From: Takakia lepidozioides
Taxonomy: Eukaryota > Plantae > Bryophyta
Direction: 5' to 3'
Length of the DNA stretch: 64,000 nt
Assembly (NCBI GenBank): GCA_030704615.1
Contig: CM060731.1
Location: 20,646,001 to 20,710,000 of the forward strand
Shown here: positions 1 to 11,934 of the stretch, in pieces
Layout of the letters: each line of letters begins with the position of its first letter
Numbering within the stretch: position 1 is the stretch's first letter
Notes under the pieces: model-generated
What the model saw: the letters and a program-made list of their open reading frames with translations, nothing else
The model's database searches: none
What the model was told of the DNA's origin: nothing
Program-made: the position numbers and the translations under genes

Positions 1-217
1 CAGCAGCACTGGGATTGTAGATTGATATCAGAACTGATGCTTGGAAGCAAATCAGATTGGATGTAAATGTCCCAGCTCAGTACTGAACACAGGATTTTCT
101 TTTTGATGGATTGAAGCCCATGTCTGCAGGGAGGATGTACACACTCCTGTGATGTTGGTGTAGAAGCCTAGTTTGAATGTGCTCAAACGAGTAGCAGAGG
201 ATTAAGAGGAAGCTGCC

Positions 218-3200
218 ATGGCTGTGTCCATGAAGAACGTGGATGTTGCCTTTCAGGGAGTTGGTCAAAAGCCGTATCCTCCTACAGCACTGCAGCTTGT
301 GCTGAACAGCTTGCTACTTGCCATTATATGCTATACTGGAGGGTTAGTATCTCATGCAGACTCGTCTGTTAGAGCAAATGCATGTCACACAACACACTCA
401 CAATCTATACTTTCTCCTGGACTCTATTGCAAGGACATTTACCATAATTTGCAGTTATATCTTTGACTCTTGGACTCAAGAGGAGTGGACATATGGCGCA
501 TTGAGGATTTCCAGCCAGTGCCTGTACCAAAGTCTTCCTATGGCAAGTTCTATTCTGGAGACTCGTATATCATTCTACGGGTAAGGTTTTGAAAGAGACT
601 CCCCACACTCTCTAACACTCTCTTACTCTCTCCCCCTCTCTTTCTTTGTGTATTTGTCAATCTTGTTTCTGTCATTATCTGTTCAGTTGCTCTCCTCTGA
701 TTCGGGATTGTGCTGACAGACGACTGCATTGAAAAGTGGAGCTTTTCACTACGATGTCCACTTTTGGTTGGGCAAAGACACGAGTCAGGTAGTATTCCTG
801 CCGTGAGCCCCCCTCTTATCACACCCATTAGTAATCTTGTTGGCCACAGTGTGGTGACCAACAATTGTGAATTTCCGAAAGAAATTTTGCAGAAGCTTGT
901 GCATTGTAGCCTGTATCACACAAGATTAGTATTAAGGCTGACACCACTGATGCATCAAACATGTATTGCATCTCTCTTAAGTTCTGATGTGTTTTGAGCA
1001 TCACACAAATACTCAGAGTCACCACCCTGGATGAATGTTGGGCAGGATGAGGCTGGTACTGCAGCTATCAAAACTGTAGAGCTCGATGCAGCCCTGGGAG
1101 GACGGGCTGTGCAGTTCAGAGAGACTCAGGGCCATGAGACAGAGAGGTTCTTATCATATTTCAAGCCTTGCATCATCCCTGTGGAAGGTGGCATTGTCTC
1201 AGGTTTCAGAAAGGTGGAGGTTGGAAAGTACGAGCCCCACCTGTTTGTCTGCAAAGGCAGGCATATCATGAGAGTCAGCCAGGCAAGTCCTCTTTCATTT
1301 CATGCCATTCAACAAATGAGTTGGACTTACCCCTGCAATTGAGAATATTGCCATGAGACTCTCTCTCTCTCTCTCACTCCGTCTGTTTCTGTCCCAACTG
1401 GGCGCAAGGTCTATGGCCACTAGGCTACGGCAAACAAAAGTCTTATGAGTACATTCTCTCTCACTCAAAGTTGCGGGGTCTAGGGCCAGAGAGAGAAGAC
1501 TCGTGCCACAGTCAGCACTACTTCTCCTAGTGAGGGTCTTTTGCCACAAGGTCTGTCCAGCACAGTGATATTTCTACAACAGTCCTCTGTGGTATTTGTT
1601 TGGAGATTTAATGAGGTGTAATGTAAACCAAACACAAGGGGCTTAAGATGCCTGAGTAGTGACACCGTCAGCTGAATCTCATCTTAGAGGGTTTCATGCT
1701 TGTTGGGCATCAAGAAAGATTCCAAACGTTTGATGCTATGACAACCAATCTATATGTGCAGGTGCCATTTGCACGCTCGTCACTCAACCATGATGATATC
1801 TTTGTTTTGGACACTGAGTCTAAGCTATTTCAATTCAATGGTGCAACCTCCAGTATTCAAGAGAAGGGAAAAGCATTAGAGGTAGTGCAGTACATCAAAG
1901 ATACATACCATGAAGGAAATTGCGAAGTAATCATAATTGGTAAGCTGAGAGGTTGAGAAAGTACCATGCCCCTTTTTATTCAAATGCTCCCTTTTTATCT
2001 CTCTTCCCTCTTCTTTCTTCATGCTCTTGTTTCCTTGCTCCTCATTCCAGTGGTAGGAAAATTGTGTTTGGATCAGTGCTTGCGATTGTTATTGACTGCT
2101 CAATCGGTGAGGGTATGACGTATGCCTCCATTGACTTGTCTTCATGCATGGTAGTGCAGATGATGGTAAGCTAGGGTCTGAAGCCGACACGGGACAGTTC
2201 TGGGGTCTTTTTGGAGGCTTCGCTCCACTTGCAAGGAAGGCAGCCACGGATGACAACAGCCCAATGGATGCAGGGCCTGTGAAGCTTTTCTGGTAGGTTT
2301 GTCCTTAATAGTAGTGTGTCTCCATTTTATAGAAGGGGGGAAAGTTTGAAGTTGTATGTGTGCTGCAGTGTTAGGAGTTTGGATGAGCTTAATCTACATG
2401 TTATGTGTTTGTCACTTCTACAAGGTTGCAAAGTTGCATCTTTTAGCCAAATTCTCTGATTTGAAATCAATGTTGGTAAAACCTATGAAGCGTATTAGGT
2501 TTCAACTTAGGAATTGATTGATCCAGGAGTCCTTGACGTCCTAAAGAACATACAATTGGATTTTGCAAAGTTTTCTTGCATGATAATGAGGTAGGATTGT
2601 GGGCTCCTGGGCAGCCATGTCTTTGCCTTGGGCTTCAATGTTACTCAGTACTTGAGCAGGCACTTTAGTCCTTGGATTGGCTTCCTACTAGTTATATTGC
2701 AGTTTGATATCCATGTTTACCATGGGGCTGAAGAGAAAACTTGCAGCTGGAAATTACATTATGTGGAATACGCCACAGGCTTTAATTTTTTACTGTTCAA
2801 TTTGAACAATATATAATTTAGCTAATATATTTGAATATAAGGGCATGTCACTCGAAACATAACCCCACTGATGGGGAGCTCGCTTTTTGGATCTTGGGCA
2901 CTAGAAGTGTTGTAGATGGGAAGGCCAAGGAATTGGAGAATGCTGATGTGCTGCGGAGGGATATGCTGCACAGCAGCGAGTGCTACGTGATCGATTGTGG
3001 ATCTGAACTCTTTGTTTGGACTGGTCGCAACACCACTCTTGATCTAAGGAAAGCTGCCACCTTAGCTGCTGAGGCAAGCACCGTATCAACTCTTTTGTTT
3101 CAAAGTCCCATCAACAGCTAGTCCTCTCGAGTTAGTAAGTGGATTCATAGCAAATTTCATAATCCAGTGCTGGGATTAGAACACGTTGCTATGGTGATCT

Positions 3201-6200
3201 CTGCTTGTAGAGCAGCAGAAGATATGACCAGGGGTATACCTTGTTCAAGCAATGGGCACCTGCTACTACAAATCTGGCTGCTAGAGTGCCAATTATAACG
3301 TAACTGACTTCCTTGTCTGGTCGAAGTGAACTGTGGAGCTTTTCTATTCTCCTCATGTTGGCAAAACTTTCATGTTGAAGGTCCCCTACCTTTTTTACAG
3401 GAATTTGTGCCCATTCAGAAGAAACCAAGACATATCACACGTGTCATTGAGGGTTTTGAGACCTTAGCGTTCCGGTCCATCTTTGACGAGTGGCCACTCA
3501 GTGCAGAGACTCCTGTTTCTGAAGATGGGAGAGGCAGGGTTGCAGGTACTGAGTACTTTTCTAGTCACAATCTGTCTAGAGTTCCATCTGTAAGAAATTT
3601 GAAGCTTCAAACTTATTCCACTTATGCAGTGTACAGGAAAACTCGTCTCTCTTCGTTTCATGTACATCACTTAGCACTGGATTATAGAAGTCTCATTGAT
3701 GTCTGTACAATGGAAATCTATGACAGCATTATTGAAGCAGCAAGGAGTCAATGTGAAGGGTCTTCTGAAAGGTGCACCTGTCAAGGAAGAAGTCCCACCA
3801 CTGCTTGATGGCACTGGCAAACTTGAGGTTTTCCCTGCTTCCCTGTACTTTTCCTTTATCCTAGGCACTCACCAATGGGCAGCCTTAACCTTGTCAGTTA
3901 CGTTATATCTGCAAAAGGCCAAAGGCACGATTGACAAAATGTGAGATCTTCATGCCAACGCCGTATATCCATTTTGAAGCATGTTTAGAGAGGGTGACTA
4001 GTCATATGGACATCACATGTCTTGGTGATAGCTACTGTCGTACAGCAGTTTCTTAAGTTGTGTACTGGCACACTGACCACCTACGATTCTCTTACTATTA
4101 TTATTTTGAGGTTGATAGAGGGAACACGTGATAGATAAAGGTTGGGGGAGCATTCAATATTCAAGAGTTTCCAGAATTGGTGATTGAATGTACTCCAGAA
4201 CAATGATAGAGAAAAACGCTGTGGTCTCCATATTGTCAGATATGGCTGGTAAAGGACAACGTGAAGATGGCTGTAGCTGCTCCAGATTTTGGCAAATTTT
4301 ATGATAAGAATTGCTATGTTCTATTGTACACTTATCAAGGCAACCACAAAGAGGAGTACCTGCTTTGCTATTGGCTTGGTCAACAAAGTTCTTTGGTAAG
4401 TGTTCATATTTTGAATGTTTTGCAGGCATTGCAAGTGTTGTTTGAGTGCTCATAGGTCATAATTCCCTCCTAATTTCCAATCCCTAGTCAGACGGATTTC
4501 TTGATTCAGTGAAAGCAAGTTAGGGAGACTTTTCTAAAGATTATTTGTAACAAATTTGGAAATCTTCTTGAGCCATTTCAACCTAATTGCTTTCTATAGA
4601 AATCGCAATCAAACTGTCAGTGGCTGCAATTGTTGGGACGGGCAGGAGGAAAAGGAGGCAGCGGCAGGCTTAGCCGATAAGATGTTGTCTTCTTTAAAAG
4701 GACATCCTATTCAGGTTAGGTTTCCCCACCACCGTGATTGATGTATATCACGCTCCCAAGTCTCTTGTGAAGTGCTACTGGCTGGTTTTCTGCCCGCATG
4801 TTTCACTCTTTAGCAAAGCCATTTGACTATTTAGAGATAGTGTTGATGGCATAGTGGATGATGTGCATGACAGGCCCGCATTGTCCAGGGGAAGGAGCCC
4901 CCCCAGTTTCTGGCACTTTTCCAATGTATGGCCATTTTGAAGGTTTGGCAATCTTCCCTTGAATTGCAGTTCTGTGCCCCATTTGGGGCTGGTGTCTTGA
5001 ATGTGTAGACCCAATGACTACTTCAATGCGAATAAGGAATCAATGAGATGGCCTCCTCTCCATGAACGTCTGTCGTTTTGGAACTGCCTGATTTATTTGT
5101 TATGGTGGCTACACTGGTTTTTCTACGAAAATGAAAAGATAGGGGTTGCGTTTGGATTCGACTCTGTTTGAGTTGTTAGAGTTGGTTCTGATAGGACTTG
5201 GTTTGCTGGTCTGGATCTGACCAATGGCAGGGTAGTGCAAGTCCTGAATTCAAGGAAGACAGTGTTATCTTGGTGCGGGTGCGGGGTTTCAGTCCATTCA
5301 ATACCCAAGCTGTGCAAGTTGAGCCGGTGAGTAAAGTACTGTTGGTAGCATGTTCATTCACTCTCCTGGAAACTCGTAGTAGGGACCCACTACTACAGCT
5401 TATATCAGAGACACTCAGGAAAGGAGGGTTCTATGTCCCATTCATATGCTGGAGAATAATGCACATGTTTTATTAGAGACATTACAGTTTCTTGATGGCT
5501 TGGGTGAGCTATTTTTCAGGTGGCAACCTCACTCAACTCCTCTGATTGCTTTGTTTTACAAACTGGCACCAAGTGCTTTACCTGGTACGGCAACTTAACA
5601 ACTGTTGAGGAGCAGAAGGTGGTTCTGCGAGTTGTAGAATCCTTGCAGGTGGGAGTTTCCTGATGTTGTCTTCGTCCAGTGCTGTGATCTTTTGTTATCA
5701 TGTTCATTGTAGTTGGTGTCGTTGAATCACAGGCTTTCCATGTCTACCTTGTGTCGCTTTTCAACCAGCTTACATTGTAACTCAATTAAGCTCGCATGCA
5801 TAAACATAGAACTATTAATACTCAACTCTTAGCTGTCTTCTCAGGGTTTTCTCATTTATGCAACTTCAAAACTTTGCACTCTTCCCTGTGTTCTCTGAGG
5901 TATGGTGGACTTAAGGAAACCCTCAGAGCAAACTCTAAACTACCCACTACATTTTCGGGCTTTCCTGATTGCCATCATGGCTGCATCAGCCTGGCACTGC
6001 AGCAAGACCACTGAAAGAGGGCTCAGAACCTGCAACATTTTGGGGCGCACTTGGTGGGAGACAAGGTTACCCAAGCCAGCAGGAAGCAAAAGATGTTGGC
6101 AAGGACCCTCGCTTGTTTGTTTGCAGCCTAGCCCAAGGTTAGGTGTCACGTTTGGTGCCTCTCTTTTCCTTTGTTTCTTTTTTACCTAGTTCTCTCTTAC

Positions 6201-9200
6201 AACTTGCTGGTTCAGCAGACTTCTGCCGTGTTTCTCTCTCAAGACAAACTATCCAACGAGAAGGTTGCCACAAGTTGATCAACCCCATGCGGCACCTTTT
6301 CAACGCAGGAGGGGAATAGGCTGATTGGACAGGATAATTGGAAGATCCAAGTAACTATTACATGGGCCCAAGTTGTCTCCTTTGTCTTCATTTTTTAAAG
6401 GGTAGCTTCCTCAACATCAGTGATGCCTCCTCATGTATACTCGCCTGCCATGTTCTCTGCATCACTCATCAGGGCTTTGGCGATTCCCCGACCTAGCTGG
6501 CACAATCTCTAGATCGAGAGTGGTAGAAAGCTTTTACATGTAATACAGTATGTCTTTGTCTGAAATCTCAGTATAAGATGAGGGGATGATACTACTCTGT
6601 AAAGTCCCCCATTTTGCACTTGTTTGACTATGGTAAGAGTGGTATTTGTTTCCGTGCGTACACAACCATATGTCTGCCAGCGTCTTCTGCAATGTGTTAC
6701 TTCTAAGTTAGATTTACAGTAATTTGCCTCTCAATTTGTTTATTTGGGAAGGAAACCAGCAATTGTACCACAATGTCATGATCCATGGTGCGTTGGATGA
6801 GTGACAGTGCCCATATACATTTGAGGCTTGGAGCTATCTATTTGTGTCAAACTATTTGTGTCTGACATGGTATTTGTTGTGGTGGTTGGCTGTGCCTCCA
6901 TGGAATGCGCCTGGTTACCTCTGACAACATGATCCCAGGGACATTGAAGGTGTGTTAACCTGCAGCCTCTTTTTTCCATATGGGAAGACTGTCGCACGCA
7001 CCAATGACATAAAACTTTCATAGCATACTAACATGAATTAAGTGCAGGTGACAGAGGTGTTCAATTTCACACAAGAAGACTTGCTGAGCGAGGATGTGAT
7101 GATTTTGGATTGTTACAACGCTGTGTTTGTGTGGGTGGGTCAACATGCTGACACTCGTGAAAAACAACACGCTTTTGATCTAGCTCAGGTATCAACCTTT
7201 CATTGGCTAAAGGAGTTTTCTTAAATATATTGAGCCCCAAAGTATCCTTGTAGGTGTAGTCTAATTTGTTCCTCGTTTGGTCGTATGATCAGCAACCTCA
7301 TAACTCCTGACATTTTGAATTATGAGCACACTTAAGGCATTCTTGGGCATCTGATCACCCAGCTTCATTGTTGAGGCAATTGTAGGGTTTTGAGATACAC
7401 TTGGAAATGTCCGCTTCTCTTTCCAGTTTACCTGGGAGGTTGCAAACAAAGTGGGGTCGGAACACATTTTCTTCTCTTCCATCCTCTCGGGCTAAATCCA
7501 CTGGATCCACATGTGAATGAATTGGATGTTGTGCCCTTTCTTTATTCAAAGCAAAGAAGAGGTGCAGCAGAAAAAGTCCTACCAGATAGATTGTTTTACA
7601 GGTTGCAGTTTTTTTGTACATGCTTCAGGCGCCATTTATTTTCTTAGCCCTGCAGCTATACCTTATGAAGGCTCTGCCCCATGAGTGGAGCTGCTTCCCT
7701 CTGCATCCTTGTACTAATCTGCAGAGAGTTTTCCTTCTGGTCCTCCGAAGTTTCCTTGAGTAACATCCTCCTTAGTTCAAGAGAAGGACTAAGTCATGCG
7801 TCTTACCTGCAACGACCTATTTCGCAACACAAATCTAACAAGTGGCATGTTTCTTATGTGTGTGTTTTGGTCAAGTCTGTTGTTCAAGCAGTGGTGTGAG
7901 GTCCATACGTTTTTGTATAAATTCAAATTGTGGAAGTTCATGTGTGAGTTGTGCTTGCTGACCACTAAATGTGTGTTATAATCATTGATGCAGAAATATA
8001 TTGAAAGGGCCAGTTCTTTGGAGGGCCTATCACCAGACATTCCCCTCTTCAAAGTTTCAGAGGGAAATGAGCCGTCATTCTTCACCAGCCACTTTTTGTG
8101 GGATCCCAGCAAGGCCAGTGTGAGTCAAGCCATACACTGGAAGCCAGCACTCTAGCATAGGGGACTAGTACTATTGCTTCATGTTTGTTTGCAGTTCCTC
8201 CAGTCTTAGCTCATCAGGCACATTGCAATATTGGTGTGTCCACTCCGTTTGCATCTACATGCAAGAGAAAGAATGTGAGCAAACTACAAGGGAAAGTTTT
8301 GTGTCTGTTATGCACCTGGAAGTGGAGAGTTTTCGACAATCTACAGTTTAAGGTAAATTTTTCCCAGGGGCAGTGGGCAGGGAGGGGGGTGACAGAGGGA
8401 GAGGCAAGAAGGGGGAAGCCCTTGTTGGATGTTGGCGCTGAGGAAAGAATGGACCCGAAGGTTATAGCATGCCTCTTCCAAAGTGCTAAAACTAAAAAGG
8501 TGTGCAGGTGCATGGGAACGCCTACGAGAGAAAGCTAGCAGCACTGCAAGGGCAACCAGCTGCAACTGTGGAGGTTGACACATCCCTTTAGGTTATTGTG
8601 TCCTTATCTATCTGATTTGGAGCATCACTGCTTGTGTAGGAAAGGGGCTTGACCATAGAGCTGAATAAAACTCGGATAGAGATGGTTTGCTTTCAACCTT
8701 TACAAATCCTGTGGAGGCTGACAGCATCATATTCTGTATTTGCTTGAGAAGCAGTTTTTAAATCATCAATGTTGACATTGCAGCACTCCAAGAGGCGACT
8801 GCCTCTGAATACTTCATTGAACTCAGAAGACACTGCCTCCACCCAAAGGGCAGCAGCTATGGCGGCTTTGTCCTCAGTGTTGTCCATTGTTAGGGACTCA
8901 TCCAAGGCATCTGGAACGCCCAAGGCTTCCCAAGGTTTTGCTGCACTGAAACCCTCCTCACCGAAAGCCCCAACAAGTCCCAGGAGTGGCGGTTTTGTGC
9001 ATATACACTCATCTTCCTCTCAGAGAGCTGCAGCTATGGCAGCCCTCTCCTCAGTTCTGGGCCCTTCGACGGAGTCAATTCCTTCAAACCTTGGTAAGGA
9101 CATGTCTTTTAGGTTCCTCTCTTGTCAAATATGACTTTTGCTTTCCCCACACAGACAAAGTCCTGTCGTACCGTGGTGTCAGCCTAATAATGAAGTGTTT

Positions 9201-10051
9201 CTCTCTACCAGATGGTGACTGGGTGGCCTTGTCATCACCAAGCATGAAGGTGGAGGCACTGGGGGATACAGACTCACTTGGTGAATCATCTAGCACCAAA
9301 TCGGAGGATGGAGTTGAAGAGAAGGATGTCCATTCAGACACTTTCAGCTATGAAAGCTTGAAGACCAAGGCCAGAGATCCTGCCCCAGGAATTGATCCCA
9401 CAAGGAGAGAGGTGAAGTCGATACTCTTCTGCTTTCTGTCTCCACCCGGGGCACCCATATATAGGGATATATGGAGCATTCAAAAGATGGCCCAGTGGTT
9501 AGGGCACAAGGCCACCTTACAAGTGGCCGTGGGTTCAAAGCCCCATAGGTGCATGTTGGATGTCACCCATTATGGCCAATGCAGCTATAAAGGGGCTTAC
9601 CTGGGTCAACCAGTTACTGTCTGGGTACTTGGGGATTTTCGAGTCTTTGTGGGAGGGTTGGGCGTGCCCCGGTTATGGCTGTTAGAAGGTGTCCACCTTC
9701 CAAACGGAAGGCAGTAGCCCATTGGTGTGAAGTGACACCAGAAGTTATACTTGCTTCAGCAAGAGATTTCCTTATAGGGATATATGGACATGAAGCACAC
9801 ACATGAGCCCATCTGAAATGGTGGTGAGGTGAATCTATTTTTATTGCTCGTCAGTTCTTGTTCACAGCATCACCTGGCATTTAGGCTTGTTGGTCTAGTG
9901 TTGTAATTCTGTTTTTGTTGTGTGTCGGTCTTTGCAGGCATATTTGTCTTCAGCAGATTTCCAGAATCTATTTGGAATGACTAGAACACAGTTTTATGAG
10001 ATGCCCAAGTGGAAGCAAGACCGGGGCAAGAAAGCTGTGGACCTCTTTTAG
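218..10051 (+). CDS. VLN: Villin (six gelsolin repeats + C-terminal headpiece), ~22 coding exons
   Basis: Exons read as [144 protein letters not shown] and headpiece [16 protein letters not shown]-stop. Approximate exons: 218-273, 481-580, 720-788, 1046-1282, 1762-1939, 2160-2292, 2905-3073, 3401-3545, 3727-3827, 4240-4395, 4646-4714, 4874-4942, 5196-5326, 5520-5648, 5990-6137, 6939-6949, 7048-7188, 7994-8118, 8508-8573, 8784-9093, 9212-9411, 9938-10051. Confidence 0.95.
274..480 (+). other. Probable U12-type (minor spliceosome) GT-AG intron in villin
   Basis: Donor GTATCCTC (U12 consensus GTATCCTT), branch-like TCTTTGAC at 460-467, 13 nt before the exon. No polypyrimidine tract. Splicing restores GQKP-GVDIW. 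Confidence 0.7.
9476..9772 (+). mobile_element. tRNA-derived SINE-like insertion in the last villin intron
   Basis: 16-bp target-site duplication TATAGGGATATATGGA (9460-9475, 9773-9788). A-box-like TGGCCCAGTGG and B-box-like GGTTCAAAG. The 3' half is similar to the element at 52962. Confidence 0.7.
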
Positions 10052-11934
10052 CTATGAGTACGTGATGCCTTAGTAGGGTAACGAGTGAAAGAGCAACATT
10101 GATCTTAGGGTGTAAGTTGCAACAAATGTGGCTAGATATTTGTCTAGCCACCGTCCAGGATTTCTATCTCACTTCTAAGTGTACTAGGTTTTTGAGCTAA
10201 AAAATGGGACATTTCGTATTCGGAAGTTATAGTGGGATGGTCAATCTTATGTAGTGGTGGACCCTCTCAAATAATGACCTTGCTGAGGAAGTGTGTTGGC
10301 CAGGAGTCTCTCCTTCCATTGTTAGGGTTGTGAAACCTCTTTTTATTTTCATATTTCCAGCTCAGATGGTCATGGCCATGATTTCCAGTCAATTCTATTG
10401 TGATTCATCCTGACAGTGCCCAACAGAAAGAGGGCTTCTTTGCCACATGCAGAAGTTGAAAGTGTTGTTTTCTTTTCCAACATCATTATGCTCGCCTGTT
10501 TCTCCTACCTCGGTATATTCAAATTGTACTCTGAGATTCTGAAATATCCTCAAATTTTCTGTTTGTAGATGTAAGTCTATATCATGTTGATGTCATTGTT
10601 GGGTTCCCTTTGTCAACAAGACTATGTTCTTGATTATTTCTTTCTTTTGGTCTCCCGCCAACGAAAGTTCACTTCATAAACTCAAATAGATGTGGTATAT
10701 TTGAGTACCTGATAAAAAAGGGAGTACGTGTGTCAATTGGTTACTTATGGCCATTAGAAGGTGTGCATCTTCCAAACAAAAAGCAAGGGAGATGAGCAAA
10801 GATTGTTTCTTCGAACCAAACAGCCACTGTGCGGGCTAAAACCGGGCACACTGCCCTGGACCTGAAACAAGTTTAGGAGAGACGAGAGTCTTGTTGGACT
10901 TTCTAAGACTGTCTAGAAGGGCAGGGGAGGAGTGGCAATGAGAGTAAATAGTCCATTGACCTTCTCCAAGATGGAGATTGCGATCTATCTGTAGTGCAGC
11001 TTGGAAGCTGTCGAGGAGGAGGGCTTCATATGCTTCTAGTTAATGTCCTTTTCAAATTCGGGGGAAACTAGGCCTGTTTTGGCAAGAGTCTTTTTTTATA
11101 TATATTTGAGTATTCCGTATCGCTCACTAAATGGGATAGTATTGTCGTTTATGATATTATAATATTTTTAAATTATCTTTAAATATTAAATATTGATTTT
11201 TTTTTATGGTACTAATGTCCATGGCACCATAAGAGAGATAGGAGGATATGTGATTGCAAACATTCCAACTAGCCTTTCCCCAATGGGAGGGTTAATACTA
11301 ACACTTCAGGGTGGGATCTTCCAAATAGAAGTTGACAATAACCTTTCATTGGTTGGGAAAAAGTGACATGGTAAGTTACTGAGCTTGTTTCTATCCTTAT
11401 AAACAAGCAGCTCGTCGCATAATGGCTCCTCATGGGTCCTCCTCATGATGTTGAGATGCATTGGTAACAAGGAATATAGTGGGTAATTAAAAAACAATTG
11501 GGTCGGCTGCGACGGGCAGTCAATTGGTTTGGATCCCCATCCGAGTCTGGGTTTTATAGTGATACCTTTACTTGCGAGAGAAACATCTAGTATCACTAAG
11601 TTCAACACCTGGCTGAACTAGTGTTTGACATATGTACATTGAGCAAGTTCAAGATCCCCTTGAATTGCCTTGTCACCTTTGCTGGAATTCATATGATGAC
11701 ACAAACATGTTGTGAGAACAATTACAAAGACACTATGAAGGACTCAGAAAAATTCAGAGGGTGTAACTCCACATCTTCACAGGAAACAAATGCCTTAGAA
11801 AATTTCAAGGGGTTCCACCACAGTTGAAAGCACGCAAAGGACTAATTTAGAGGGCTTGAAATCTAGCAAGCACAACACATACATTTTGGACTTAAACAAA
11901 TCCACAGCTCATCTTGTGACCTCGTGGGCGGCTT

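Noticed and set aside
8986-9717. 243-aa ORF as a separate gene
   Set aside because: It is villin exon 21 read through into intron and SINE sequence.
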